The translations under genes were made by a program, and so were the position numbers. A stretch of 64,000 bases of DNA from Mobula hypostoma (taxonomy: Eukaryota): positions 210,058,001 through 210,122,000 of the forward strand of contig NC_086097.1 in NCBI RefSeq assembly GCF_963921235.1. The letters run 5' to 3'. Positions 52,016 through 64,000 of this stretch are shown one piece after another. Position 1 is the first letter of the stretch, and every line of letters starts with the position of its first letter. The notes under the pieces were generated by a model, which ran no database searches, was not told the DNA's origin, and saw only the letters and a list, made by a program, of their open reading frames with translations.

Positions 52016-54511
52016 GTAAGTAGAGAAGTGAAGGGAAAGCATCATTGCAAAAAGCCAGGCAGATGCATGACTGACCTACTTAAACATTCATTGTCCCAAT
52101 TCCAAACCTATGAATTATAATTAAAGATTTGACTTGATTTTATTTCATCTACCAATTAATTTTCCATTACTAATAATCAGTGCTCTATATTATTTAATGC
52201 ATAGTTGATTCACATATTAAGGTATTCCCTTCATCTAAGCATGCCTACTCCATTGATATATATTTATCTAAATTCTGTTTTACCAGCTTCCCTGGTATCA
52301 TCTCAACCAAAATGTGCTCACAAATTGTTATATGGCCGCCGTGTGATTAATATTTTAACCATGCAGTATCTCCCCTCTTGAGTACAAGGTGGGAAAACAA
52401 GTTGTACCATTTTTCAATCCACCCATCTTCTCTGTAATGCCATGCAAGAACTTTAATCTGTTGCTGCATCTTCCACTGTGATTTTAAAAAAAAGGCCTAA
52501 TCTCAAACAGCATTCTGTTTGGTTAAACATCTCCCAGGACTTTGCCACCACTTACCTTGCCATTCTCCAGTGGGTTTGCATCTTGATCAAATCATTGCAG
52601 ATAAAATGAATTATGCCATTCAGCCCCTAATATCTGCTAACTCAGTCAAAGTGATGATGTATCTGACTGGAGCTTTGTTTCATTTGAAGTTTCATATCCT
52701 TTGATGCCATTCAAGAAAAACAGTTTTACACAGTTTTCTTTCCTTTTGGAGGAAAGAACTTCTCAATACTTGCAGAGAACATGCTACTTTATTTTCCTCC
52801 AATGTGAGTTGGTTTGCCTTGTCTTCACCCTGCTCCTTTCTTCTTGATGCCTTTTCATTACGTGAAATAGGCTTAGAGATCCCATTCCCAAAGTTTGCAA
52901 TCATGCCATAGAATGAGCACAGAGCCACATTAACAAGTCCAGTTACTTCATTGCCATGGGAACATGCAGTGGTTCCAGTGGATGTGCTGCACGACACAAA
53001 GCTGTGTCTGTGGACAATGATGAATGTGTTATGGAAGAAGGGTTTGTTTCCATTGATCCCCTTCCCAAATACTAGTCATTTTCCTTCCTCCTGTTCTCTG
53101 AGGAGCAATGTGCTTGGTCTAAACTGCCCATGGGGGTCAAGATCATTGACATCCTGAAAAGCCTACCTACAACTCATTGCTCATTAACCTATCCCAGTCT
53201 GCTGTGCACTACGACATTAGGGAGGACGCTGATGTTTTTACCTTAGCAAGATGGACTTTGGCTCATTCTAGAACAGAGGCCATCAGTTTAGTAGGGAGAA
53301 GGATTTGCAAGGAATGCAGACTTCCCATAGGCTCAATGATGTGCCATTTTCCAGGAAATTTAGACTCCATTCAACATCTGGCCCTCTACATTTATCAGCC
53401 ACTGTTTTTCAAAAGACTTGATCATATCTTCTGATTCTGTCTGTGCACTGCTCACATGTATAGTGACCACTAGGACCACCACTGTAAACGCCATTGGGTG
53501 TGAGTCAGGGATGTCCATAGCTCTACAGGGATTTTTGTTCTGCATTCCAAAGAGTGTTTGGATGCATCATTTTCTTCCACTGCACCAACAGAAATCTTGC
53601 CATCAGACAGGGTGGACCTGGTCAATGTCATCAAACTCTCCACTCGCACCTCCCTCCCCCCCCATCCTTGCCCAAAGCTGGACGGGAGAGTGGAAGAACA
53701 GGTGTTCAATAACAAAGTGATACACTTTGATGCCGACATGACTGAATAGAAATTCTTTTGAGGACCCTCCCCCTATCTACAAGCTTGCACAAAAGTTGCC
53801 ATGAGAATGGGCCTGCTTTCCTCTGTGGTGCAAAGCTTCTGTCTGGCTTCTCCCATTGAGTAGGATTTAGCTTCCATCATCTATCGCTGCCTGCCAACAC
53901 GATCTGCAAACCTTTGAACTGTGCGTCCAGGATGGATTTGGAATATGCCACTTTCCTTGACAGCTCTTGGAATTTACCAATAATACAATGAGCATTTCCA
54001 TGAGGATCCATACAGGTGTTCCCACCTACACTCTACTGTCTTGATTCTCATCAGAGCTTTGTGGAATAGACTGATACACTGCTTCTCTACATTTCTGCGA
54101 CCTAACTGCCAGGTAGAAAGGCAAGCCTGTTTGACAGTGGTGGTACTAGCCTGGTGGTGTCAAGTATATGGATGCAGTGTTTTCCTCACCTTTCTCCTAC
54201 TCTGTGTGAATGTGCCCCTCAAGGGAGATGGGACTGGCCAGTTACTGGAAATATGAGTTTATCAAATTATACAGAGCACTGCTCTATAATTTCTTTAGAG
54301 ACTTCTAGCTGTAACTTTTTGAGTATAGTAATTAAATAATTATAACTCTAGTTCTTCAATGCCCCCGTCAAACTTGATCACTGAAGCAGAGCAAGGTATG
54401 CTTTGGGAGGGGAAAACATTTTTCCTCAATTGTCTGCATATCTCTTTATTTTAATATAATCATGCAACCTTGTTTTAATATGAAAAGCAATGCAGACAGA
54501 ATTGTACCTTC

Positions 54512-54627
54512 TATGCAATGGAATTAATGCATTTACACCTATGGTATTAAAAGCATGCTCTTGTTTCTTTATGCAATGGAATTAATGCATTTACACCTAT
54601 GGTATTAAAAGCATGCTCTTGTTTCTT
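54512..54627. repeat. Perfect 58-bp tandem duplication
   Basis: 54512-54569 is identical to 54570-54627. Confidence 0.95.
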
Positions 54628-54925
54628 TTGTATTTTGAATGATTCGCATGCATGTGATATGGATCAGCTATTCAGCTGATCCATTTGCAATACCACACGA
54701 TATAATGCTTTCTTAATTCCAAGCAGAGCTTGTGAGCAGTTTTCTCGTTACTACATCATTTGAAGCTAATAATCAATTGATTGCTTTGTATATTGATATG
54801 TGGGAAACAAAATCCAATGATCATCATCTGATTTGGTGAGGTGGTTTGAATTAATGAGCTGCACCACTTTAAACATTTTGGCATTCAGAATATTGGCATT
54901 CTTGAATAACAATATCTTGTTGCAG

Positions 54926-54980
54926 AATTCAAAGAGGGATACTCATCTTTTACCTGGGCAGAAGTTTCAGAAATTTGAAG
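54926..54980 (+). CDS. LYN: LYN coding exon 2 (unique region)
   Basis: tcttgttgcag acceptor; NSKRDTHLLPGQKFQKFE plus 1 nt; donor GTAAAC at 54981. LLPGQ-x-FQ matches LYN LLPGQRFQ; starts in phase 0, ends in phase 1. Confidence 0.88.
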
Positions 54981-55068
54981 GTAAACTTGTATTACAAAAC
55001 AAATTTCAGTGTGGATAATTGTTTCTTGATGTGGAATGAAATTAATAACCTGCCTTCTATATGTCTGA

Positions 55069-55173
<105 letters not shown>

Positions 55174-56665
55174 TAAGTAGCCACTTCCTTCTTCAGTTAG
55201 ACTTATCTGCAGGAAGAAAATAAGGAGCATTGATATTATTTTCGTTGCTCTGTAATTCTGCTGTCTTGCTTTTGCACACTGTCCCTTTCTGCAACATATA
55301 CAATTGTGGACAGAAAATCAATTCTCTCCATACCCAAGATCCAGACACAAGTAATTAGTGACTGCGATTAGAGCAATTGTATTCTTGGAAGGGGGAATGT
55401 GGGTCAAAAGTGAAGTATTTACAGAGGTATTTTAACAATTACTGTATGCTGCATCAGTAGCTTACCTACCTTCATGCACATCCAAAGTAATGAAGTAAAT
55501 AAAGTAGAGTTTCGATAACACAGAACCCTTGGGACTTTGCTGATTTTCCAGATTGTTGGATGTACTCCTTTTCATGCCCAAATGCACATTTACATCATTT
55601 GTTTAAACAGTTGTATAATAAATTTTCCAATAAATGCTGCAAGTTTAAAGGGAGCAAAAAAAAAGAGCAAAATGGCCTCCAAGTTGAGTTCAGTCAAAAT
55701 CTTACCAATATTCCTGATTCCAACTCCAACTCTGGCTGCGGACTCTACTTGCATGCTGCATCCAGCTCACAGTCCAGACTACACATACAATAGATGCTGG
55801 ATTTCTAAATCATCAGGTGCCAGATATCTGTAATATGGAATCTGCTCTACATTTTCTGAAGTTATATTTCAGTTTGTAACCAAAATCATTTAGCCTATTA
55901 TGACCACCAGCTCATTGATACAGTAAGTTAATCCAGAAAATCCTTCGCTTCACCATTGTCAACAAGCCTAGTGCTTCAATCATGCTTCAATAAGAAATGT
56001 AGAAGTGCATCCATAGTGTAGCAAGATCTGCCTTGAATGAGGTGCTTTCCTGGTGAAACTACATCTCAGGGATATGTATACTGCATGCTAATAATACTGG
56101 AGTGCAGTGACACCTTGCTCCAATTATATTTGACCACAGTGACACCTGCATCGGAAATGCTGTGTATGGATCTCTTGAGTTTAGAAGAATGAGAGGTTGA
56201 AATGAACAAATTTCCAAGAGGGTCCTTTTACTAAAAAGCAAAAAAATAGTCATAGCAAAGAGATCCTACGGCCAATCAAAATGGTTAAAATTCTACAAAA
56301 TGTGTTATGTTCTTCCGCTGAGTGGGAAGAATGATCTGGGTGCACATTTTTACTTTCAATGAAGGCTGAGTGCAAAAATGAAGCAAGTTAGATTGTCCAA
56401 TGCTCTCCTCCTGAGAGCTTGGACTAATTCAATTAATTATTTTTTTTAAAAAGAGCACAGAGAACAGAAGTAGGGAATGCCTGCTCTGCAATTAAAGGCA
56501 ATTTTATTTTAAATCAGGGCAATGCTTCTACAGTAATCCATATATTTTATCCAAACATCTATTGATAGGCCTTGAATTTACTGGCAATCTCATTTCTGAT
56601 CTTAAATAGCCAGTCTGCTATTTTGTTAAAGTTTCTAGACACCACGGCCAGGGGAAATATTATGC

Positions 56666-56748
56666 CTACATCTAAAGTCCTGGAAGGATATGAGAATATC
56701 AACTAGGCATTAGCATATTTTAATATTCTTCCAGGACTTTAGATATAG
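56666..56748. repeat. Imperfect inverted repeat/hairpin, arms ~26-34 bp
   Basis: ctacatctaaagtcctggaaggatat ... atattcttccaggactttagatatag. Confidence 0.88.
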
Positions 56749-57301
56749 AACTCAGAAGCGAAAGGCAGAACAGACAGGGAAAAGTCACCGCCTTAAGTTG
56801 ATCTCCCAAGCAAAGCCCTACCTTCATTATAGGAGCAGTAGCACTGTGGGAGTTCCTCCACCATCAGAACAGCAATGGTCTAAGGCAGCCCACCATTACC
56901 TTAATGATAATGAGGAATGGATATTAAATGATGGCCTCGTTATAAGTTCAGATGAAGTACAACACACCGATTGTGTGGAATTCATCTTTCCTCATTGAGG
57001 CCCTCCACTGACTGGGGTCAACCATGGATATTGTGATCCTGCTGTCTGTGATATGCAAGGCAGTACGATATGGAGACCAAGCATTCCCATGCAGCAGATT
57101 CCCCCTCTCCACACAGCAGATGAATTCAAAGGAATGGCAGAGACCGATACAATTTGGCACCAGTGGCGTCACAGGAATTGCCAGTCAGCTTTGAACTCAT
57201 TGTAAGACAGCCTTAGGGACTGCAGCTCCGGATTTTTCCTCGGGCTTTACTCCCAAAGCCTTCCCCGTGAGAGAGTACAGCCACAAGGCAGCAGAGTTTT
57301 G

Positions 57302-57435
57302 AGTCCTGCTGAAGGGTCTCGGCCCAAAACGTCGCCTGTACTCTTTTTCCATAGGTGCTGCGTGGCCTGCTGAGTTCCTCCAGCAGTTTGTGTGTGTTGC
57401 TTGGATTTCCAGCATCTGCAGATTTTCTCTTGTTT
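57302..57435 (+). mobile_element. ~130-bp Penelope-derived mini element with mutated hammerhead
   Basis: AGTC-CTGCTGA-agggtctcggccc-AAAACGTC...gattttctcttgttt; same extent as 4215-4346; tttgag overlaps both junctions. Confidence 0.82.
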
Positions 57436-57680
57436 GAGGTTTGACATCAGAGTTTTCCTTCTCCTAAATGAGCTGCCAACTATGGATGACAAACCCCAGC
57501 TCCTAAAGTGACTGATTCCAGGGTGCCAGTAACCCGCCTTTGCCTCGTCTCCTGTCAGTAGAAACACCTCCACTGGGTCTAGTAGATAAGCCACACATGA
57601 AAGTCAGGAGCTGGGCTTGGTTGTCAGAAGCTATCTGAGGTGCACGCCATTGGGAGCATTTAATAGGTAGTGGGAGCTTA

Positions 57681-58428
57681 GTCATAGTCATAGTCATACT
57701 TTATTGATCCCGGGGGAAATTGGATTTCATTACAGTTGCACCATAAATAATTAAATAGTAAAAAAACCATAAATAATTAAATAGTAATATGTAAATTATG
57801 CCAGGAAATAAGTCCAGGACCAGCCGATTGGCTCAGGGTGTCTGATCCTCCAAAGGAGGAGTTGTAAAGTTTGATAGCCACAGGCAGGAATAATTTTCTA
57901 TGAAGCTCTGTGTTGCATCTCAGTGGAATGAGTCTCTGGCTGAATGTACTCCTGTGCCCAACCAGTACATTATGTAGTGGATAGGAGACATTGTCCAATA
58001 TGGCCTGCAACTTGGACAGCATCCTCTTTTCAGACAGCACCGTCAGAGAGTCTAGTTCCATCCCCACAACATCACTGGCCTTACGAATTAGCTTGTTGAT
58101 TCTGTTGGTGTCTGCTACCCTCAGCCTGCTGCCCCAGCACACAACAGCAAACATGATAGCACTGGCCACCACAGACTCGTAGAATATCCTCAGCGTCGTC
58201 CGGCAGATGTTAAAGGACCTCAGTCTCCTCACGAAATAGAGACCCTTCTTGTAGACAGCCTCAGTGTTCTTTGACCAGTCCAGTTTATTGTCAATTCGTA
58301 TCCCCAGGTATTTGTAATCCTCCACCATGTCCACACTGACCCCCTGGGTGGAAACAGGGGTCACCGGTACCTTAGCTCTCCTCAGGTCTACCACCAGCTC
58401 CTTAGTCTTTTTCACATTAAGCTGCAGT
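57681..58428 (-). mobile_element. Young 5'-truncated Rex1/Babar-like LINE
   Basis: Open 219-aa ORF (LNVKKTKELVVD, YKYLG, LYFVRRLRSF); (GTCATA)n tail. Confidence 0.9.
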
Positions 58429-61400
58429 TTATCCACACTACCACCACACCCCTTGCTATACTCATGTTAAGGATCCTTTTGCTCATCGGGAACCAATTAA
58501 TTCTCAGTTGAGGTTGAAAACAGTTTAGTTAATCCATCAGTAAACAATACTAAATGACAGTACTATTGAAAGAAATAAATTACACTGAAAATCCTGTGCA
58601 AATAAAAAAATTGGTGAGATTAGATTTTCCAAATTTCAGAGTCCATTATTCTTTATTATTTCACTGGAATATGTCGGAGTTCACACTTTCAAATTAACTA
58701 GGAATAAATCCAATTCCATTCATTTCTTTCAGAGAATATCTCTGTGTTGCTGCTCTGTAGTCCAAATGGAGGGCTACCCCTACCACTCTCGAAATTTGCT
58801 TTTGTGCCGAATGTAGAGCCTATGTTTCTTCAGCAAACCACAATCTAGTTCTGCGTGCCTTTCATCCCAACAATAACATCACAGAAGCCTGAACAAATTG
58901 CCTGACAATCTGTGCTGTTTGTTCAGAAATGGCTTGCAGGTTTTTTTTGTGTACTGCATCTCATGACTGAATAATTGCTTTTCACAATTTGTTTGCATTC
59001 AACTGTTTTCCTCTGTATTTTTCATCTAGCATAATCTCATTAATGATGTTTCCTGTCCACATGATGATAGACTAGACTATTTACATTTATTCTGTAAAGT
59101 ACAGTGCAATCTAATTTACCTTGTAATGACATGTATGGTGCTCAGCGCTGCCCAATGGCTGCACTAATCCTTTGTGGCCTGGAGGCCTCACTGGCTCAGG
59201 CATTCCACAAAGCATGGATTGGCTCTTGAGCAGTGACTAGGTCTCAGGCAGAAGAACTGGAGCCGTGCCCCAGGATGGTTTGACCACAGACATTTCTCTG
59301 ATCAGTTGAAATAGATTTAAATCTTAAAATAAATTATTTTAAAACACCTAATATCAATTAATTAAAGAAATAAATATACAACAAAATAAACAAAAGCAGT
59401 TAAGTTTGCATATTTGATGAAAATTATCCCATTCAAATGAATGGGATTGTGAAACAACGGATATGACTACCACAACTGGTGTGAGGCCGAGAAGTTTATC
59501 TACCCCATATCGCAGTAGTGAGTCCAAGAGTGTTGGAATTGTTTTATTAAAGAGCATGTCTTGCCTACTGTTCATGGAGGGGAGGCTGGTTTCTGTGATG
59601 TGAAAGATCAAGTTGCACTGGACCTGACCCCTATACTGTACTTCTTCCCTGAAATCACAAAAACTAACTTGCAAGAAGTTCTTTTTTTTTCTCAATGTGC
59701 CTGCAGAGAGTAAATGCAAGTTAAACTGTTGTACAAAGTCTGGGTGGGGTTACAAAGCTGTTGAGGAGTAAGAACAAAAAAAAGAGCAAGAAAAATATGT
59801 TTCTCATTCAAATTCAAAAAATACACTGACCTCAGGTACCATGACTGAGTAAACCCTGGCAAATTAATTAATTCTGAGCTGAGAATGTTGCCCTCATCTC
59901 ATCAGTGGCTAGACTTATATTCCATAGAAATAGGAAAAGAACAATGGGTGAATACTTAAGCAAGTTTGAAATGAAAAGCAAATTTCACAACTAGTATCAC
60001 AGAATCAACTAGATTGGTGGAAAAGTAGATCTGATTCATTGATACCCCTTGGAGAAGGAAATCTATTGTCCTTATCCAGTCTGGTCTTTATTAGCTTGCT
60101 TTCTCATGTATGCCAGTTTTGTAGTCTTTGGAGCTTAGAAAAATGAGTGGTGACCTCATTAAAAGATGAAGACCTTAAATAGACAAAGCAGGATACTTGT
60201 TTAGATATTTCTTAAAATCAAAGCACATAGGAACCTCTTCTCACAGAGGGTAATGAATGTTTGAAATTCTCTATGTAAGTCAGCCAAAGAGGCTATCTCA
60301 TTCAAGATGAGATAGATAATTATTTTTGAAAGATGGGCAATTGAGGGCTAATGGAACCTTGCACAGAAGTGGAAATGAGACCTGAGCTCTGATCAGATTA
60401 ATGGTGGGACAGGTTTGATGGGCGAAATGACCAGAATCCCATGTCTATACTCTTATGTTGTAGTGTAAAAGACACTTAATTTCAAATAACTCAGTATTAC
60501 ACTCTACCACTTGGTTTATAGTTGCACAATTTATCTTTATAAAAATAATCAATAGGAAAATGGCATCATCTTCAGGTTATTTGAGCAGGGTGTTATTGTT
60601 AGTACTTTTTTTACAGCTCACTTTATTGAGCCATTCAATAAAATCACTCGTACACAAATTTCATAACTCATATCAGATTTGCTTGGGTCAAAACAGAGGT
60701 GATGATCCCAATGCATTTACTCTGCTTTTAAAAACCTTTGCAAGTCTGTCCTTGCCTCCCATGTACAGCAGGAGCAGATAAAAGTTGTTTTGCTTTTTCA
60801 TACTGTGCTGTATCACAGCATCTAAAAACGGGAATTACGAAGGCAAATGGCACCTTTTACTGTACAACGTCACATGTTCTCTGGAAAATTGAGCTAATTT
60901 TCTCCCAAACCAGACATGCACTGTTTCACATTCAGTGACTTCATCTGTGATTTCCAACCATCCACCCATGCTTAAAAATGCTGACTGATAAATTTTATTA
61001 TTGGACTGCAGGGTGGGGGTCACTCTGTTCAGTCTGTACAGTCCATGGCTTGTATACATAGTTGGAAAAGAGGAAGAGAAAAGATTTGACACCAGTTATT
61101 TTGAGAAAGCATGAAACTGGCTTAGCCACTTCCTTCCCTAACTTTCAAAGTGTTTCAAAGTTCTGACCATAATTTTTTGTTACTTCTCCTAATCCTCCTG
61201 TCAGCATTTGTCATGTACTCCCGTAATTGATATTTTGTACATTTTATTGTGCTAAAGGCAATTCAGTATTTAAAACTGTTGCAGGTGTAGGGAACAGCAG
61301 CCTTGTTAATTCTTATTCACTGTTGCCCCACTTATTGCAATGTTCAAATATGTGTGATTCTACATCTTTAAATATGTATACAAATAGATGCATATGCACA

Positions 61401-61789
61401 TAAGCTTTCATGAGGTGTCAGAAATTTACTGACTAGCAACGTATATCCTTTTGACACCAGCTGACTTGTTAAATGTCAGTATATCACATGAGTTTGATCT
61501 CTAGCCATTTGAATGCTGTGCTGAATCATGTCCTTTTGGAAGAAGAAGAATTTTCTTCTTCATAGAAATAAATATTAGAAAATGAGTCTTTCTCAGAGAC
61601 TATCATCGAAATTATGTATTTCACTTTGTAAATCCCTACATAATTTGAAATCAAAGTTTAGAATTGCACCAAAGGTAACAAAGCAAGTAGATACTTATCA
61701 GAAGTTGTACAAGGATGTTGGCAATTGTTGTGCGCAGTGCAATGTTTTTATAGGACCATTTAATCAAAAACTCTGAGTTTGCTGTGTGT

Positions 61790-62630
61790 GTGGGTGGCAG
61801 TTCAATGGAGTGAGCATAACAACTTCAGTCACAACATGGTCAAGACCAAAGAAATTGTGGACTTTAGGAAGGTGCAGGCTGACCACTCCCCACTGCACAT
61901 TAAAGGGCTCCTCCGTGTAGAGAGTCAGGGGCACTGAATTTCTGCAAGTGCACATAATAGACGATCTCATCTGATTCCTCAACACCATCTCTTCAGTCAA
62001 GAAAGCACAGCAGTGTCTCCATTTTCTGAGGAGATTGAGATGAGTGAGGCTCCCTTCCACCCCCCTCCCCGCCCCCCCCCCAAGCATTCTAAGCCCAGTT
62101 TTACAGCAGCAGTACTGTGAATGTCCTGGCCAACTGCATCACCATCTCACCACTTGGTACGGGAATCGCAAGGCACCTCACTGCAGGTCCCTACAAAGGA
62201 TAGAGAGGACTGCTGATAAGACCAGCAGGGTCCCTCTTTCACCCAACAGAAATATTTATCAAGAGTGCTGCGCATGCAGGGAACTTAGTATTATCCATGA
62301 GCCCTCCCATCCGTCCAACAATCTCTTTGACTCCTTACTGTCAGGATGTTAGGATAGGAAATGGCTTCTTCCCCCAGGCTGTAAAGGCACTGAACTCCCT
62401 GTCACCAACCAGGTTCCATCACGTATGACATCCCAGTAGCGTTATATTGTTTACATTTTTAATTGTCTCAGAAATGTAACTTATTATTTGTTAATTTATC
62501 TCTGCTAATACTGCCTTGTGTTGTGTGTGTAAGTTCTATGCACTTACACACACAACACACACCTGGGTCCAGAGGAACGCTGTTCCGTTTGGCTGTATAA
62601 ATGTGTATGGTTGAATGTCGATAAACTGAA
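61790..62630 (+). mobile_element. Degenerate Rex1/Babar-like LINE 3' fragment
   Basis: aagaccaaagaaattgtggactttagg (KTKE..VDFR); TTWYGN; ataaactgaac tail. Confidence 0.75.
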
Positions 62631-63092
62631 CTATTTGCATCATAATAGAAATGTCCCCACACTCTCAGTGACCATAAAACATGTTTTACTATCACTTGTT
62701 CAAATGAAAGGTGCAGGTTCTTCATGGCAAAAGAAGGTTTTCATGAGACCGAGACCTGGATTGGTACAGCTAAGAAGGAATGGAGTGGCACCACGGTTGA
62801 TTTTACAAGGGAATCCCTTTAAAGCATCCCCTTGACCCTTGCTCTAAACCTCTTTCTACCCACACATATGTTTTCAGTTACTGTCTGTTGTGTAAGGAGA
62901 TGATAATGTATTAGACTAGCCATTCCTACATTTTTGTTAGGATGCCATTTCTCCTATGCTTTCCACTGACTTGTGTTGCTAGAGCCTTGCTATGTTACTT
63001 GGCCGGAGGTCACTGTCTAATTATGGTAGTAGATTTATAATAGAAGTGACCAGACACACCACTTGAAATGTCTAGTAGGTGGTTGTTTTATA

Positions 63093-63392
63093 GGCATCCG
63101 TTAGTCTCATGAGACCATGGATTTGCGCCTTGGAAGGTTTCCAGGGCACAGGCCTGGGCAAGGTTGTATGGAAGACCGGCAGTTGCCCATGCTGCGTCTC
63201 GCTCCCCTCTCCACGCCACCGATATTGTCCAAGGGAAGGGCATTAGGGTCGATACAGCTTGGCACCAGTGTTGCCGCAGAGCACTGTGTGGTTAAGTGCC
63301 TTGCTCAAGGACATACACGCTACCTCACCCAAGGCTCGAACTTGTGACTTTCAAATCAGTAGATTAACGCCTTAACTACTTGGTCACGCGCC
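63093..63392 (-). mobile_element. tRNA-derived SINE with Ingi/Vingi-like tail
   Basis: Minus strand ggcgcgTGACCAAGTAGttaagg A box, AGTTCGAGCC B box; head shared with 22048-22320, tail shared with 57000-57170. Confidence 0.85.
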
Positions 63393-63583
63393 AACACTGT
63401 GAAGCTATGAGAAATGTTCAACACATCTTGACATCTCCTTATTCTTGTCAATGAGATTTATTTCACCATTGCAGAACTTGAGGGTGAATTTAGTGCTGGT
63501 TGGACCAAAATTTGCTTCAGGCTGCCAAGCCTGACTATTAGATTTCAGTGTCTGAAAATACAGTATCTATTGTTGGAGGTTAA

Positions 63584-63811
<228 letters not shown>

Positions 63812-63831
63812 TAACCTTACATGCAAATTAA

Positions 63832-63999
<168 letters not shown>

Positions 64000-64000
64000 T

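Larger units (their letters stand above)
56990..58452 (-). mobile_element. Non-autonomous Ingi/Vingi-like element hosting two nested insertions
   Basis: Minus strand ggcagctcatttaggagaaggaaaactctga motif; 3' part shares ccgatacaatttggcaccag with the SINE at 63097-63392; sequence resumes at 58429-58452 after the Rex1 insertion. Family label is from recall. Confidence 0.55.

Noticed and set aside
52016..52120. Extension of the 74-aa ORF beyond VP
   Set aside because: Read-through into the intron past the GTAAGT donor; LYN similarity stops there.

Overview
Vertebrate, repeat-rich genomic DNA. The CR1/V-SINE/Penelope/Rex1 repeat mix suggests a cartilaginous fish, probably a ray (inference). The only host gene I can support is a Src-family kinase on the + strand, best matching LYN. 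Four coding exons (51896-52015, 54926-54980, 55073-55172, 63664-63762) splice in frame to give the myristoylated N-terminus, unique region and SH3 domain; the gene continues past the window. The ~52 kb upstream is probably mostly the long first intron and is packed with nested transposable elements: CR1 LINEs of several ages, Rex1/Babar-like LINEs, Penelope fragments, tRNA-derived SINEs, RTE- and Ingi/Vingi-like non-autonomous elements, a solo LTR and a hAT MITE. Nearly all ORFs in the supplied track are TE fragments or antisense shadows. The most notable observations are at RNA level. (1) A 561-bp non-coding retroposon with a perfect 13-bp target-site duplication starts exactly at G1 of a hand-folded HDV-like ribozyme with an atypically expanded L3 loop (4753-4947). 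(2) Penelope-derived minimal hammerhead ribozymes occur, one with an intact core (20132-20167), together with a ~130-bp mobile module carrying a mutated core. (3) The LynA/LynB-type internal splice donor is conserved. All calls are by eye; no database search or folding software was run, and most TE boundaries are approximate.
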